In this document: one piece after another, positions 35,902-49,079 of the stretch
How positions within the stretch are numbered: position 1 is the first letter of the stretch
How the letters are laid out: every line of letters begins with the position of its first letter
Assembly: GCF_000315625.1 (NCBI RefSeq)
Contig: NW_005434590.1
Coordinates: 184,018 to 248,017, forward strand
Reading direction: 5' to 3'
Length of the DNA stretch: 64,000 nucleotides
Source: Guillardia theta CCMP2712
Lineage: Eukaryota; Protista; Cryptophyta
Made by a program: the position numbers and the translations under genes
The notes under the pieces: model-generated
What the model was told of the DNA's origin: nothing
The model's database searches: none
The model's input: only the letters and a program-made list of their open reading frames with translations

Positions 35902-38604
35902 TCATCTCGTGAAATCAAAACAGGGGTGTGTCCTTGACGTGAGGCTGGATCCGAGTTGTATCCTCATGCCCTGGAAGTCGAAGGAGGAGTTTGAATCTTG
36001 GGTCTTCTTCACCTCCTTCAGAGATTCCTCCTCCTGCCTCTCCCTCCTTAATGTCACCCTCATCTTCTCCTCCGAGATCTGTTCGCCTCCTGCCGACCCC
36101 TTGGGAACATGGAAGCCAAGGTCCTCCATTACCCTCTCCGTCCTCTCGTTCTCTACAGCCCCGATGACGTCGGTAACTTGTAGCTGGAGCACGCCCTCGA
36201 AGCTCTTTGCCTGCTCCTCTAGTAGCGTGAAGATACCGAGCTTCTGCCCGTCCTTGAGGACCCGGGTCATACCTGTCACCGGCAACTTGGGTACGGAGGA
36301 GGGGTACCTGAAGTTCTCTACCCCCGACCTCTTCATCTGCAGCTCAGTGAGGCTGTCGAGCAACCAGAGGTCGTCGGGGATGCCGCAGAAAGGTTTCTGA
36401 AAGATCTGAAGCAACATCTGATCTAGCCTCTCCGCCTCCTGCAAGTCCAGGGAGGGCACGTACTGCTTGTCCAGGGAGATGGTCTTGTTCTTGTCATAGC
36501 GATGAAACATGGCTCGTGCTCCGGGTAGGCCGAGGGTATCAAGCAGCAGCGGGTGTTCCTTGACGTAGGCTAGAAACTCTTGCTCCGTGATCCTCGTTCT
36601 ATCCGACTGATCGGCCGGAGGAAGCGTATGCCTCTTGCGCGCCTCCTCCTCCCACAGCCAGTCGGCGACGAAGGGAAGGCCGCTGATGTCGAGGACCCTC
36701 AGGGTCTTGAGCTTACCGAGTTCAGAGGGAAGCCCATCTTTGTTGAAGTACATGCCAGCAATGTTGAGCACTTCGATGCTGCTGAAGCTGCCGATGCCGG
36801 GAGGGATGGCCTTGAGCATGTTGAAGCTCAGGTTGAGCTTGCGGATGGAGATGATGAACTCAGGGGAGAAGAGGACGGGAGGAAACTCTGTCATGTAGTT
36901 GTAAGAGATGTCGATGTCTTGGAGGAGCACCATCAGCTTCAGCTCATCAGGAAGCTCGGTGATGTTGTTGTGGCTCAGGTCAAGCTTGACAACAAACTGA
37001 TGCGCGTGATACACGTCAGACGTAACATTTCGCATCTCACAGCAAGACATGATACAGTCTCCCACAGCCTCTCTCCCGTAGAAATGCACACCGTTGATAC
37101 CGTACATGTTGCCGTAAGAAGCAACACCAAAGTTTTCCAGGTTGTGAAATCTCATAAACTTAGCTGGCAGTCTGAAGAACTCATCAACTTCAACCAGCGA
37201 AGCCTTCTGATGGTTCTTGGGCATGGCATGTTTCCCTCCCGAACTTTTGTTCTGTATGCATTCACCATAGTACTTGTCGATCCCCGTTGATGGAATGCGA
37301 GGAAGGTCTTTGACTCTCCCTAGGGGGATCCAGACCTTCCCGTTGAGAGAGTAGGATAGCTCGAAGGAGCTCAGAGCACAGAGCGAGTCGTCCTCCTTGC
37401 TTGCCAGCCATGACATGAAATTCCATAGGACGATGTGGGAGATGAAGTAGACACTAGGAAGCTCGAACTCGATCCACAGTTCTTCTCCTCGCATGCCGAC
37501 GTCGGAGCACCAGGCGTGCATGTTGATCTCTCCAGTGTGTACCATCATCTCGTCGGCCGTCATTGCCAGCCCGTTGTTGTTGACAACAAATTTCGGGCTG
37601 CGCATGCTGTCGTCAGACGCGACCCCTTCCCTGCTCCCTTGCCAATTGGATGCCCTGCATGCCACGTCGGGAACGTAGGAAGGGCGGAGAAAGGAGAGAA
37701 ACTCGTTGAGCTCTATGAAGCCGCTTCCATCTTCATCGACAACCTTGACGATGTTGGAGATGTCTGCATCCTTGATGATGTCAGGGCGGATGTTGGCTCG
37801 CCGACAAGCATTCCTGAACTCATCGAACGTGAGAGCTTTTCTCCCATGCAGGTCCGCCATGTCAAAGTGCCTCTTCCACTCTTCCTCGGTAACCCGCCTT
37901 GTCTGCCCCTGCATCCTCTGCTGTAGCTGAAAGATCTCATCGGGGCTCAGAATCTTCTTCTTCCTCCTCCCCTCCTTCTCTGCCCCCTGCAGCTCCGCTC
38001 GCAGCTTGCGCAGCTTGCTGAACATGGCAAGATCTCGCTCGACGATCTCCTCAGTCACAGCGGTTACCATTCGCTGCTTGCTCTTTCATCCCCTCCTCCT
38101 CTCCTCCCCTTCATTACTCCTGCTCTTGCTGCTGCTACTCCTGCTCCTGCTGCTCCTGCTGCTCCTGCTGCTCTTGCTTCTGCTCCTGCTGCTCTTGCTC
38201 CTGCTCCTGCTGCTGCTGCTCCTCCTCCTCCTCCTGAGATGTATCCAGCTCGCTATCTCCAACTTCACCCTCCTCCCGCCCTCCCTCCCACTGATAAACG
38301 GGCCTACAGGGTCTGCTACAGGGAGAATCGGGGAGGTGAACCTGGGATAAGCGGGGAGGGAGGGAGGGAGGGAGGGAGAGGGAGGGAGGGAGAGGGAGGG
38401 AGCAGAGGGAGGGAGGGAGGGAGGGAGGAGGAAGCGGAGGAGCAGAGGGAGGTAAGAGAAGCGGAGGGGGGGAGGGGGAGAGGAGAGGGAGTTGGTCAGT
38501 ATAGCAATAAAAAGATTGCCAGGAAACCCTACACTGTGATGCTGCTGCTGCTGCTGATGATGATGATGGTGACAATGAAGGGCTCGCCCTCACAATGTAA
38601 CCAT
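35902..38604 (-). CDS. EF-hand + discoidin/F5-8C-like + leucine-rich repeat protein
   Basis: Core is the 722-aa ORF 35902-38070. EF-hands (DMADLHGRKALTFDEF; DEDGSGFIELNEF), beta-sandwich motif (AWCSD...LWIEFELPSVYFISHIVLWNF...FELSYSLNGKVW...AKFMRF...GVHFYG), LRRs (VKLDLSHNNITELP, LQDIDISYNYMTEFP, IRKLNLSFNMLKAIP). Two small upstream exons starting at ATG 38604 are tentative. Confidence 0.75.
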
Positions 38605-38701
38605 CTGAGTTTTCCTTACACCATGGATCGAAGGACGATGCTCGTACGAACACGTTTTTAATGATCTCATCTCTTAAAGAAAAGGTTCAAGATCTCTCAC
38701 T

Positions 38702-40990
38702 TCACAGCATCTTGTCTAACTTCTCATCAATCTTCGGCAAAGTCGTGTGCCCTCGACCGAAGCCTGCCAAGCATCTCATCACTGTCAACTTCTTCTTTGC
38801 CTCGCCAACCACTTCACCATCCCCCTCCCCTTCCCTCCTTTACTGCACTCTCTTGTCTCCTTGATCCTCCTTGCCCCTCATTCCTGACCCTCCTCCTCCT
38901 CCTCCTCCTCCTCCTGTCTCCTGTCTCCTGTCTCCTCCTCCTCCCCCTCTGTCTGTCTGTATCCTTCCCTCCTTCCCTCCTTCCCTCCCTCCCTCCCTCC
39001 CTCCCTCCCTTTCCTCACCTCCTGACAGCGACGCAAAGTCAACGAGAACTCTGCCCGTCATTTCACCTGAGACTCCATCAGCAAGCTCTTCTCCCCTCCT
39101 TCTCCTCCTTCTCCTCCCACTCCTTCTCTGCAGGCAAACTCCTGCCATCCTTCCATCCCCACCCCTTCCCGTCTCCCCTCTGACCCCTCCTCCTTGATCC
39201 TCCTCCCTCTTGCACTCACTGTATCGCTCTGGCGTCATCACTTGCAGCAACGCATTCCAAAACCCTCTGGTCACGTTGTGCGCGTTGGTCGAGCCATGGA
39301 TCTTGACCTGACCCTTGTTCAGCACCTCCTCTTACTCCTCCTCCCAACTGCCCTCTCTCTGCACCATCTCCCCGATGTACCAGAGCTCATGTTTGAGTCC
39401 TCCTGCTCCTCACCTTGATATCTTTGATGCCAATGGCCTGGCACATCCTCGCAACGTTCAAACTGCATTGCAAGCCTGTTCCAGCCCTCGCCGGCATCGC
39501 AATGATCTTAGTCTGTGCAAGCAAGTGAGGATAGAAGGAGGAGGGGAAAGAGATGGAAGCAGCAGGACAAGTCAGGAGAGGACGAGGAGAGAGAGCGAGC
39601 CAGAAAATTAAGGAAAGAGTGGCAGTGAAAGCCTTCAGACCTTCTTGTACTTGGTCACGACACTGTGGAACATTGTGCGATTATCGTAGGTCTCAAAGTA
39701 ATGAATGTTCTTCTTCCTGCAGCCAAAAATTCACCAGAGGAAAAGAAATCACGAGCAAACGCAAAGAGGTTGAAAGGTGTCAGGGTTTCAGGTAAGGAGA
39801 TCATGCGGAAGACGGGTTGAATCCCATGGGTCAATGACGCTGTTGCGATGTAGCAAATGCTGAGATTCAAGGACAAGGTGGGAGGGGAGCAAGATGAAAA
39901 CAAGAACAACTTACTTGTGGGCATCCCAAACCGCCTTTTCAACAGCGACAGCAACCTGAAGACATTCAAATCAAACTGCAAGACAGCAAATACATCCTGA
40001 CGATCATGAGCGCCGTCGATGTTTATCATCATCAATCATATCATTGTCATCAACTCATCACATTTCATCATGCTCGTCACGTCACTGCGGTCATGGGCAC
40101 AGGCATCATGTCATCGGCAACGACTTCACCTCCTTGTCTTTCCCCCTGCCGATCGCTGCAACTCCCTGCTCACAATCAATCTCTTCATCACGATCGATCA
40201 AAGTCTTTCCAAACCTTTCCGTTTCCGCAGATGACAAGTGCTGCAAATCGAATCGTTTTGCCTCCCTTCCTCACAAGGGCAACCTACAAGGAGACACAAT
40301 CAGAGCCAGAGCACGCAAATCGTTCGACTCGACGGCAAACAAGCAGCGTCGGCTGTTCACCTTGTTGATGTCGATCGTCAGAGCAATCGGCAACCTTGGC
40401 TGCAAGACAGGACCGTCAGGCGATTCTGCAAGCAGAGGATCTTCACTTCTCACAAGCTTGTCATCTCCAATCAGCTCAGGCTTGCGCCCTCTTCGGGGAC
40501 GTGACTGTCTCTTGTCTGGCATTGATTTCCCTTCTCCATCCCCTTTAACAGGCTCGTCCTTGACATCTTCCACCTCCCCTTCAGCCGCTAGAGCTTCTGA
40601 ACAGCAGAATGAGCATACTGAACCATCACAATCCATATTATCTACCCAGCTCCGGATCTCTTTCCTCCTCCTCGTTCTCCGGAAGCCTTGCGAAATTGCG
40701 GACAGAACTCAAAGCACAAAGAGCATCTGCAGCTGTGTGACCTACGAAGAGCAGCCGAGACGAGAGGGTACAAAGAGAGATGTAAGCGACTGTACCTTTG
40801 CGAAGGAACACACTTGATCCAAGTTTTTGCACACCAAGGTTTGAGAATCTGTAACCAGACGCTCTCACTCATAACAACCAAGTCGTTGATCTTACCTGGC
40901 AGGGCTATTATGCAGGCCTCTGGATATCAGAGCAGTCTGACGAGCAGACACCCTCAGAGCTTGTGACAAGAGGGACCTTGAGAACACTGA
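38702..40990 (-). CDS. MRPS5: Mitochondrial ribosomal protein uS5 (multi-exon; start not resolved)
   Basis: Spliced S5 domains: IDINK|VALVRKGGKTIRFAALVICGNGK|GVAAIGRGKDKE|VAVAVEKAVWDAHK|KKNIHYFETYDNRTMFHSVVTKYKK|TKIIAMPARAGTGL...MCQAIGIKDIK|VKIHGSTNAHNVTRGFWNAL. The N-terminus is Arg/Ser/Leu-rich and acid-free (FSRSLLSQALRVSARQTALISRGLH), like a mitochondrial presequence. Confidence 0.85.
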
Positions 40991-42117
40991 AAACAAATCA
41001 GAAAATATTTATGATCATGACTCATTGCTCTGTTGTCAGAGCTGTTGGTTCCAATCGAAAGTTCCAGCCTCGATTTCTGATACCAATCCTCTACATCTCC
41101 ATAACAATTTGAATACAGATCATGATCCGATCCCTTCTGAGAGCTCTTCACAATCCTCAACCTTTCTGAACACTGACATTTTACACGAGTTGTATCTTGC
41201 ATGCCAACATTAAAACTGTGATAACCCTCTCCCTCGCCCCCACCCCCGACTCCCTCCCACCATGGATGCTCAAGATTCATAGTGCACGAGCTAAACTTGA
41301 AGCCTCTGGGAGTGTTTGGAACTGGATGNNNNNNNNNNNNNNNNNNNNNNNNNNNNNNNNNNNNNNNNNNNNNNNNNNNNNNNNNNNNNNNNNNNNNNNN
41401 NNNNNNNNNNNNNNNNNNNNNNNNNNNNTCTATGTTATCCACTCTTCTTATCATCCTTTCCACTTTCTCTCTCTACGTTCTGCCATCTCTGTTCTTTCAC
41501 CGGCCCCCCCGGCCCCCCCCCCCACCCCACCCAACCCTCTCTCCCCATCCTCGCGCCGTACCTCGGATCCCCCGGCATGTCTGCCTGCGTGCCTCAACCC
41601 TACCCGTTGGAACCACAATGGACCCCCACCCCTAAAAGTTTTTCACCCTACCCTACAAAATAGAACATTTTTAGCTCATGATGACCCCTTCTTGATTACA
41701 TACCCCACCATGTCATATCGACATGTCATACCCCACCCTTCCTATTCGTACTCACTGCGGCCTGCTCTGCCTGGAGGCTGACCTGGTAGGGATTAAAAGT
41801 ACCGGTACGTTTTAGAGGATAAAAGTCTATTCATGGTGGGTACTAAGTTCGATGTAGGGGTGGAGTGTAACGTTAGAAGAAAAGACGGTAGGGTACAACG
41901 ACTAGGGGTGTAATTGAAGGTCAAACATAGGGTACTTGTCAGAGGGGTAAGCTATCAGGGGTGGGGTAGGGGGTGAAGCGAGATGGTGCGAAGGGACAGT
42001 TGTTGTAGCCCTACACTCATGGTGGAAGGCGAAGAGTTGGACGAGCGGGGCGAGGAAGTGAATGCAGAGGAACCAAGAAGAGATGCGAGCAGAGGACAGG
42101 AATGCATGGCATATCAC

Positions 42118-42177
42118 GGTAGATCGGGGTAGATCGGGGCAGATCAGGGTAGATCAGGGTAGATCAGGGTAGATCAT
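42118..42177 (+). repeat. 10-bp tandem repeat (GGTAGATCRG) x6
   Basis: Directly visible, with minor variants. Confidence 0.9.
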
Positions 42178-42670
42178 GGCAGAGAATTTTTATGTGATCA
42201 AAGAGGACTGTCTCGAAGCAACGAGCAGAGTTAGACTTTGAATACTGGGAGCTACCTGACATTGTTCGGCTCAGGCTCTTAATTTGCAGAGAATGTTCTC
42301 TGGGCTGGGACAGAAGGAGAGCTTCGTGCTGATCAACTGGAACACGCATCAGGTACTGATTGACTGAAGTGAGGTTGTACAACCATATATCACACAAAGA
42401 GGTGGACGTGCAGAATTAGACAAGTGGTGAATGTAAAAGTATCAAATTCAGATAGAGAGCACTTATTGTATCAGGTGTACGAACTGAGTTGAATCCGCAA
42501 AAGAATAGCTCGTTGCGTATGAGGAGAGATGAACTGGTTGTATGCCCGGTTGACTGGCATGACTCCAGGTTCTCACGGGCTGCAAGAAGGATATGGAGAC
42601 CAAGACTTTTGTCTGCAAGAACACGGAGGAGCAAGCTTCTATCGAGTGAAGGATTGCGATTCAATTGAGG

Positions 42671-43853
42671 ATGTTTCATCACAAAGAAAGAATGACGAGG
42701 AGAGCTGCATGGCTGATCTGCGGGACAGCCTGTTTGGCCCTCGTGCTGATTGCCGTCTCCTCCAATGGCGCGAGGAAGCGATCCGCTATGTTGTGGGATC
42801 GATACCCAGGTCGCAGATTGGGCTTCAAGGGGTATCCTCGCAGACAAGCCTTGACGTACGATCCTTTGGTGGCCGAGTACAACTACCACTATGAGAACAA
42901 CCCTGAGTCGGATCAGTTTCAACCTCTGGCTTCGTGCCCATGGTGCTTCAGCACAGGACAAGGTCTTCCCTTGCAAGCCCGCAGGCTGAGGAGATCACAG
43001 GGCATGCTGAAGCAGCTGGCCAGGGGGAGGACGCAGATGCTAGAGGAGGTTTCTGACTTTCCAGACATCGAGGACGACGAGGAGATAAAGGAGCAGAGAA
43101 ACTCTGTAAAGAAGCTCTTCAGAGCCTTCGAGCCCGTATCGGAGCAGATGAACAAGCTCTCAGAAGCTGAGAAGAAGGACTACGCAAACTTCTACCGCGC
43201 CTACTCCGCCTACCAACTTCCTCATCCCCTCTCCGTGGACGGGCCATGGCAACCGGAGATTGAGTCGCTAGGAGACGACCTACCTCCCTACCTCTACCCC
43301 TACAGTGAGGCCTACTACCCCAACGGGGGTACCACGAAGCCCACGGTCACCATCAACGCCAACGGAGCGTTCAGCAGCAATTCCTTCCATGTCACTGGCC
43401 CACAGAGTATCAACGTGCAGATCGGAGGAGGAGGAGGAGGGGAGGAGAAGGATTCAAGCTACATCTACCCTGACGGCAAGCATGCGGTTGAGACCTCGTC
43501 CCCGAAGACTGTAGCGAAGCAGGTGAGGGGGGAAGGAGAGGGGAGGAGCAGGAGCGGGAGAGAGTTGGGAGGAAGTCAGACGAAAAGATAGCGCTAGAGG
43601 GCAGAGGGGAGGAGCTCGAGAATGGAGGAGATGGCAGAGGGGAGGAGCGAGAGACTGGAGGAGCACGCGTGACGTTGGTTTTGCTGCAGGTGGTTGGACG
43701 GCCTGTGGTCGATGGTTATGAAGGAGGCGAAGAGGTGAAGGCGACTTGCGATCCGGAAAACCCGGACTGCGGGTTTTGGCAGGTAGAGGGCAGGAGGAGG
43801 AGGGTTCATTGTTGAGGCTATTGCAGGACGTGTACGACGATGCGTACTACTGA
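42671..43853 (+). CDS. Hypothetical secretory-pathway / type II membrane protein
   Basis: N-terminal hydrophobic segment (AAWLICGTACLALVLIAVSS), Tyr/Pro-rich body, and two small 3' exons (VVGRPVVDGY...CDPENPDCGFWQ|DVYDDAYY*). No known domain recognised. Confidence 0.65.
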
Positions 43854-43976
43854 TCTTACCAAATATATCCCTTAACGTTGTTTGTACACACGGATAGATT
43901 CTTGTCAATGCTTTGTCACTTTATAAACTGAAATTAGAAAGACACGTGAAAGTGTAACCTCACGATCTTCACAGGT

Positions 43977-46880
43977 TTATCTTATCTTGTTGTTATCTTG
44001 ATGCAAACTCGCCAGCTCAAGTCTGACAAACGATCCCTGCTCCATGTGTCACTCTTCCTCTCAGTCAGTCCTCGTGCTGGGTATCACCTGGGGCCCGATG
44101 ATGAGGGAGACGATATTCTTGACGTCCCATCCGTTGACTTCTGTCCCGTCGACTGAAATCTGACAAGAGAAATTAACCCCACCCTCCTTTTCCCTCCGCC
44201 TCCAGTCCATCATACCCCATCCTCCTCCCCTTCCTTATCCCAGCACCTCCCAATGATGTTGACCTCCATTTGATTCTAACTGCCCCTGCTGCCATCTACT
44301 CCCCTTCCTCCGTGGTCGAAATTCCAACAGGTTTCTCCCTCCCTCCCTTCTTCCCCTCCCTTCTTCCCCTCCCTCCCTTTCCTTCCTTTCTCTCCCTCCT
44401 TCCTCCCTCCCTTCTCTTCCTCCTCCTCACCAGCTGGTCTCCTCGCCGTATCTGTCCTGACGACTTTGCCGGGCCATTGGGTGCCATGCCGGTGATGAAC
44501 ACGTCGCCCTTGGCGGTCATGCCGAAGGAGATGCCGATGCCGACCGGGTCCTCAGGGGAGAGCTGCTGGCCGGGGATGGGCTGCCGCTGGATGATGACGA
44601 GCTTCTGCGTCCGCTTCTGCTGCATATCACGACAGAGCCCTCAGCAGCGCCTGCTCCTTCACCTTCATGGCTGGAGATTTACTGGCAGTGTCTGGTTGTG
44701 CCTGAGGAGTCTGCATGAGAGCGTCACACGAGGAGGAGAAGAGCAGTCGCTGGTTGCCTGCATGTCCAGGAGGCGAGGGCTCATGTATATCCTCTTCTCC
44801 TTGCTGTTGCCCTCTGCGATGGTGTCAGCAGAGCTACCCATGCCGGCTCCTCCTACCTCTAGGCGCGCTGTCAAGTCCGATGCTCCATCGCGGCTGAGGG
44901 TCTCCTCGCTCTTGCGGCTCCTTGAGCTGCTCTGATGAGGGCCTGAAGAACCTTCAGCGTCCTCCCCCCAGCTCGCCATGTGGCGTCACCTCCCCTGCGC
45001 CAGGAGCAGCGAAGACTCGCGGGTAGCGCGATGACGATCAGTCTCTGTGTTGAACTGCAGCAGATGCTTGCCTGAGCAAGAAGCTCTTCAGCCCTCCCCT
45101 CCCCTCCCCTCCCCTCCTCTGCTCTTCCACCCTCCCACCCTTCACCCTCCCTCCCTGCCCCGCATGCATCAGCGCCATCTACCGTCATTCAAGATCACGT
45201 CTGCGCTCACAAACGTCTTGGGCGACAGAACCTGAACCTTGCTGGGGCTCTTGCTCTGGAGCCACAGGACAGCTGTCAAGCTTCTCAACCATCATGTTCT
45301 CAGCTCACCTTCAACCCCTCCGGCAGCGTCATGTCATGGCCCCTGTCACAACCTCGTCATGCTCATATCAACAACACTGTGGCTCTTGCCTCGAAGAAGG
45401 ATGCGAGTCTTGTGAAGAGGGTTTCCTGGGGCTGACAGCAAGGTCACTCGCTGCAGGGGCCATCAGAGCTCCTGACGTGCTCTCGATCGCCAGGAACTTG
45501 GTGTCAGGCGGCGATCGGATATCGAGGATCTGTGTGAGCGTTAGAGGAGAGGCAGCAAGGGGTGGGTTGGGAGACACATTTGGCTCTAAGGGGTGTAATT
45601 GTAATGAGCTGTCCTTGGAAGCTCCATGGTACGATGACTTGTCGACTGTGAGAGGTTTCTCCTGCTCCTGCAGTTTTTGCCGCAGAGCATTGATCTGGTG
45701 TAGGGGTTTCAAGGGATGGGAGATCGTTGCTGCCCAGCTCATACCTCGTCTTCATGCCTCTTCTCTTGATTTTTCAGCTCCATCCGCATAATCTTCAGCT
45801 GCAGCAGCGAGTCAAAGTCCCGCAAACTTCCAGGCGATTGGTTCTAGCACCTCGTTCTGAAGAGACTCGATCTTCTCGCTCATCTCGAGCACCTGCCATC
45901 ACGATCAGACACTAATTTCCCAGCTCCTCTTTTTGCGCCTACAATGTCATCGCGCTTGTCAACGTCATATCTTGACACAGTGCTGATGGACGACCTCGGT
46001 CCTAGCGCTGCCACGTCACGACGCGAGCAATTGAGTTCACCTGTCTACTCACCCCCTGCCTCCGATGCCAACGAGTTTGTGGGAGATTGCCTGAGAGGAG
46101 AGAGTGAGAGGAGAAGAGAGTTAGAGGACAGGAGGATGAGTTAAGATGAAGGGTAAAAGAGCCCGTGAGGTGGGAAGGAGAGGAGAGGAGAGGGGAGGAG
46201 AGAGGAGGGGAGGAGAGGAGAGAGAAGGGGAGGGGAGGGGAGGGGAGGAGAGAGGAGGGATGCACGTACTTGTTGTTGAAGCTCAGGCGCTGACTCTGAC
46301 TCGTCGGAGGAAGCCTCTCCTCAACGTCTGATAAAATCTCAATGATCTAACAAGATAGTCAAGCGCGTGCAGTCTAACTCGGCATCGAAAGTGAGTGACG
46401 AGCTTTCACTGAGTACACCTCATTCTGTATCGACTTCTCCTTGCGCAACGTCAGACACAGTCAATGTAAGCCAGCACATCTCAGACTCACTCTGTAGACA
46501 TCTCCATGCAACGAGGGGGAGGGGCTCCTGTATCCTCTCCTCGACAAGGATCTTGGATCTGCATTGGCATCCTCGTTCTCCTGCCCGGGCCAGCAGTTCC
46601 AGAAGTTCTTGTTTCTGACATCGTCCACGGATGGTGGTGCCAGGGACGAGGGTCGAATGGAGCTATGTTTCTTGGTGTTTGTTCCGAGGAACGAGTTTCT
46701 GTCTGAAGAGAACTGCCTCGACAACTCAGGATCAAAGTTCTCTTGTCCGAATATCTTGCGCTGAGGTGTTTCAATGGTGGAGATGGTAGATGCGATGCTT
46801 GCATGATTCTGTATCCCCGAGGATGAATTTCCACTCAGAGTGTCTAGTCTCAAACAAGGAATTCCATCCTGACTCGACAT
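43977..46880 (-). CDS. Largely disordered protein with a C-terminal PDZ domain (multi-exon)
   Basis: Spliced PDZ: PVGIGISFGMTAKGDVFITGMAPNGPAKSSGQIRRGDQL|ISVDGTEVNGWDVKNIVSLIIGPQ|GSFVRLEL...KIR*. Upstream Ser/Pro-rich exons extend to ~46900; the 5' end is tentative. Confidence 0.7.
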
Positions 46881-46971
46881 GTCTACCGTAAAGCGCTGCT
46901 CCACAAGTCAGCTCGAAACAAACGATGGAGGGAGGGTTATCTCGGGTGCTTCACGGGTTAGAATGTCTTGA

Positions 46972-47705
<734 letters not shown>

Positions 47706-48416
47706 AGTGAAATGAAACTTGCGACTTCAGGGCGACATGCTCCCAGCGGCTCAGACCCGCCTGCCCGTATCCGTCCCCCTCACTTTGATGTTCCCGTAGA
47801 TGAAGTTGATACAGTGGAAGATAGAGAGTGAAATCAAAATCTTGATGCCTGCTTACAATTGATTGCATGATGTCTTCCGAGAGATTTTCTGTGTCCCTGA
47901 TTCTACTAGCCCTCCCTTGTTCACTGTGCGATTTGATCATGATGCGAGAAGAGCGCACAGATCTCTAAGTTGAGGACGAGAACAGACGCTCTTGCTGGGT
48001 AGTTCGAGGCGAAATTCATGCCTGGTAACTACTAGCAGAAGTAGAGAAAGAGTACAAGTTGGTGGTTCTTCGAGTGAATAGATTTAGAGACTAGAGTACG
48101 TAGAAAGGGACTAGAATATGAGTAAGCCGAATAAACGCGTATGCAATGATTCAGTGGAGAAATGAATCATATGATTTTCAAATATCAAATGTTTTGTCAT
48201 GTCCATCGTATACAGGTAGGATCGTCACTAGCTGATGATACATGTGAACTGGAATCATTGGAGTACCACTGCGCAACGTTATCCACATTGCCTTGCTCGG
48301 GAGTAGATATCCTATCCCTCATATCCCCTGTATACAAAACATCTCAGTCAAGGCGACTCTTTGTAAAGGACAGCAAAAGAAAGTTTGAGAAATATCATCA
48401 ACTGTAAGTTTCAAAA

Positions 48417-49079
48417 TCACAAATAAGCATACATACCCTGCATTGTCTCGTAGAAAGGTTGTACTTGTTGTACGTGTTGATGACTTCCAGGCATGCACAT
48501 CATTGGAGCAGGAAAGGGTCCCACTACGTCGTTGAAAGGAAGCTGCACGTGGTTTTGAGGCACAGGATCGACCAGATTTGGAGGAATGATCTGTTCATTG
48601 AACCCACCCATGTCTGCGAGCTCGTATCTCGGAGAGGAAGAGGAGGACGCTTGAAACTGGAACATGGGTCTGTTGCTGGCTGCTTGTGGGTATACTCCCA
48701 TCTCCTCCCCGGCAAAGTGCAGCTGCGGTTGTACCATCGTCGCAATGGGAACATCCCTCAACCCGCTTTGTGTATGAAGAGCGTTGTCATTATTGCTGCT
48801 TTCTTCGCACTCATTTTCGCCCTTTTCTTTCTGATAAGGCCACTTCATGATCCCTAGCTTTCTGCAAGCATTCTTCAACGCTGTCACTGACAACCCCTAA
48901 AACATGAGCGAGTAAGCCTCGTTGAACAACGATATTGGATTCAATACCAGGTGGTTGGCAGCATCTGCTTGCTTCATATGAAACAAGCTTGAGATGTCAC
49001 TTTCTGAGAGAAACAACGGGTTGGATCTTGTGGATTGTCCTGTTTTCTTCCGGGGAAAAACTTGAACTCGAGGATACAT
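48417..49079 (-). CDS. RWP-RK domain transcription factor
   Basis: YPRVQVFPRKKTGQ...LSESDISSLFHMKQADAANHL|GLSVTALKNACRKLGIMKWPYQK, with a 51-nt intron at 48897-48947 and a Gln/Pro/Met-rich C-terminus. Confidence 0.9.
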
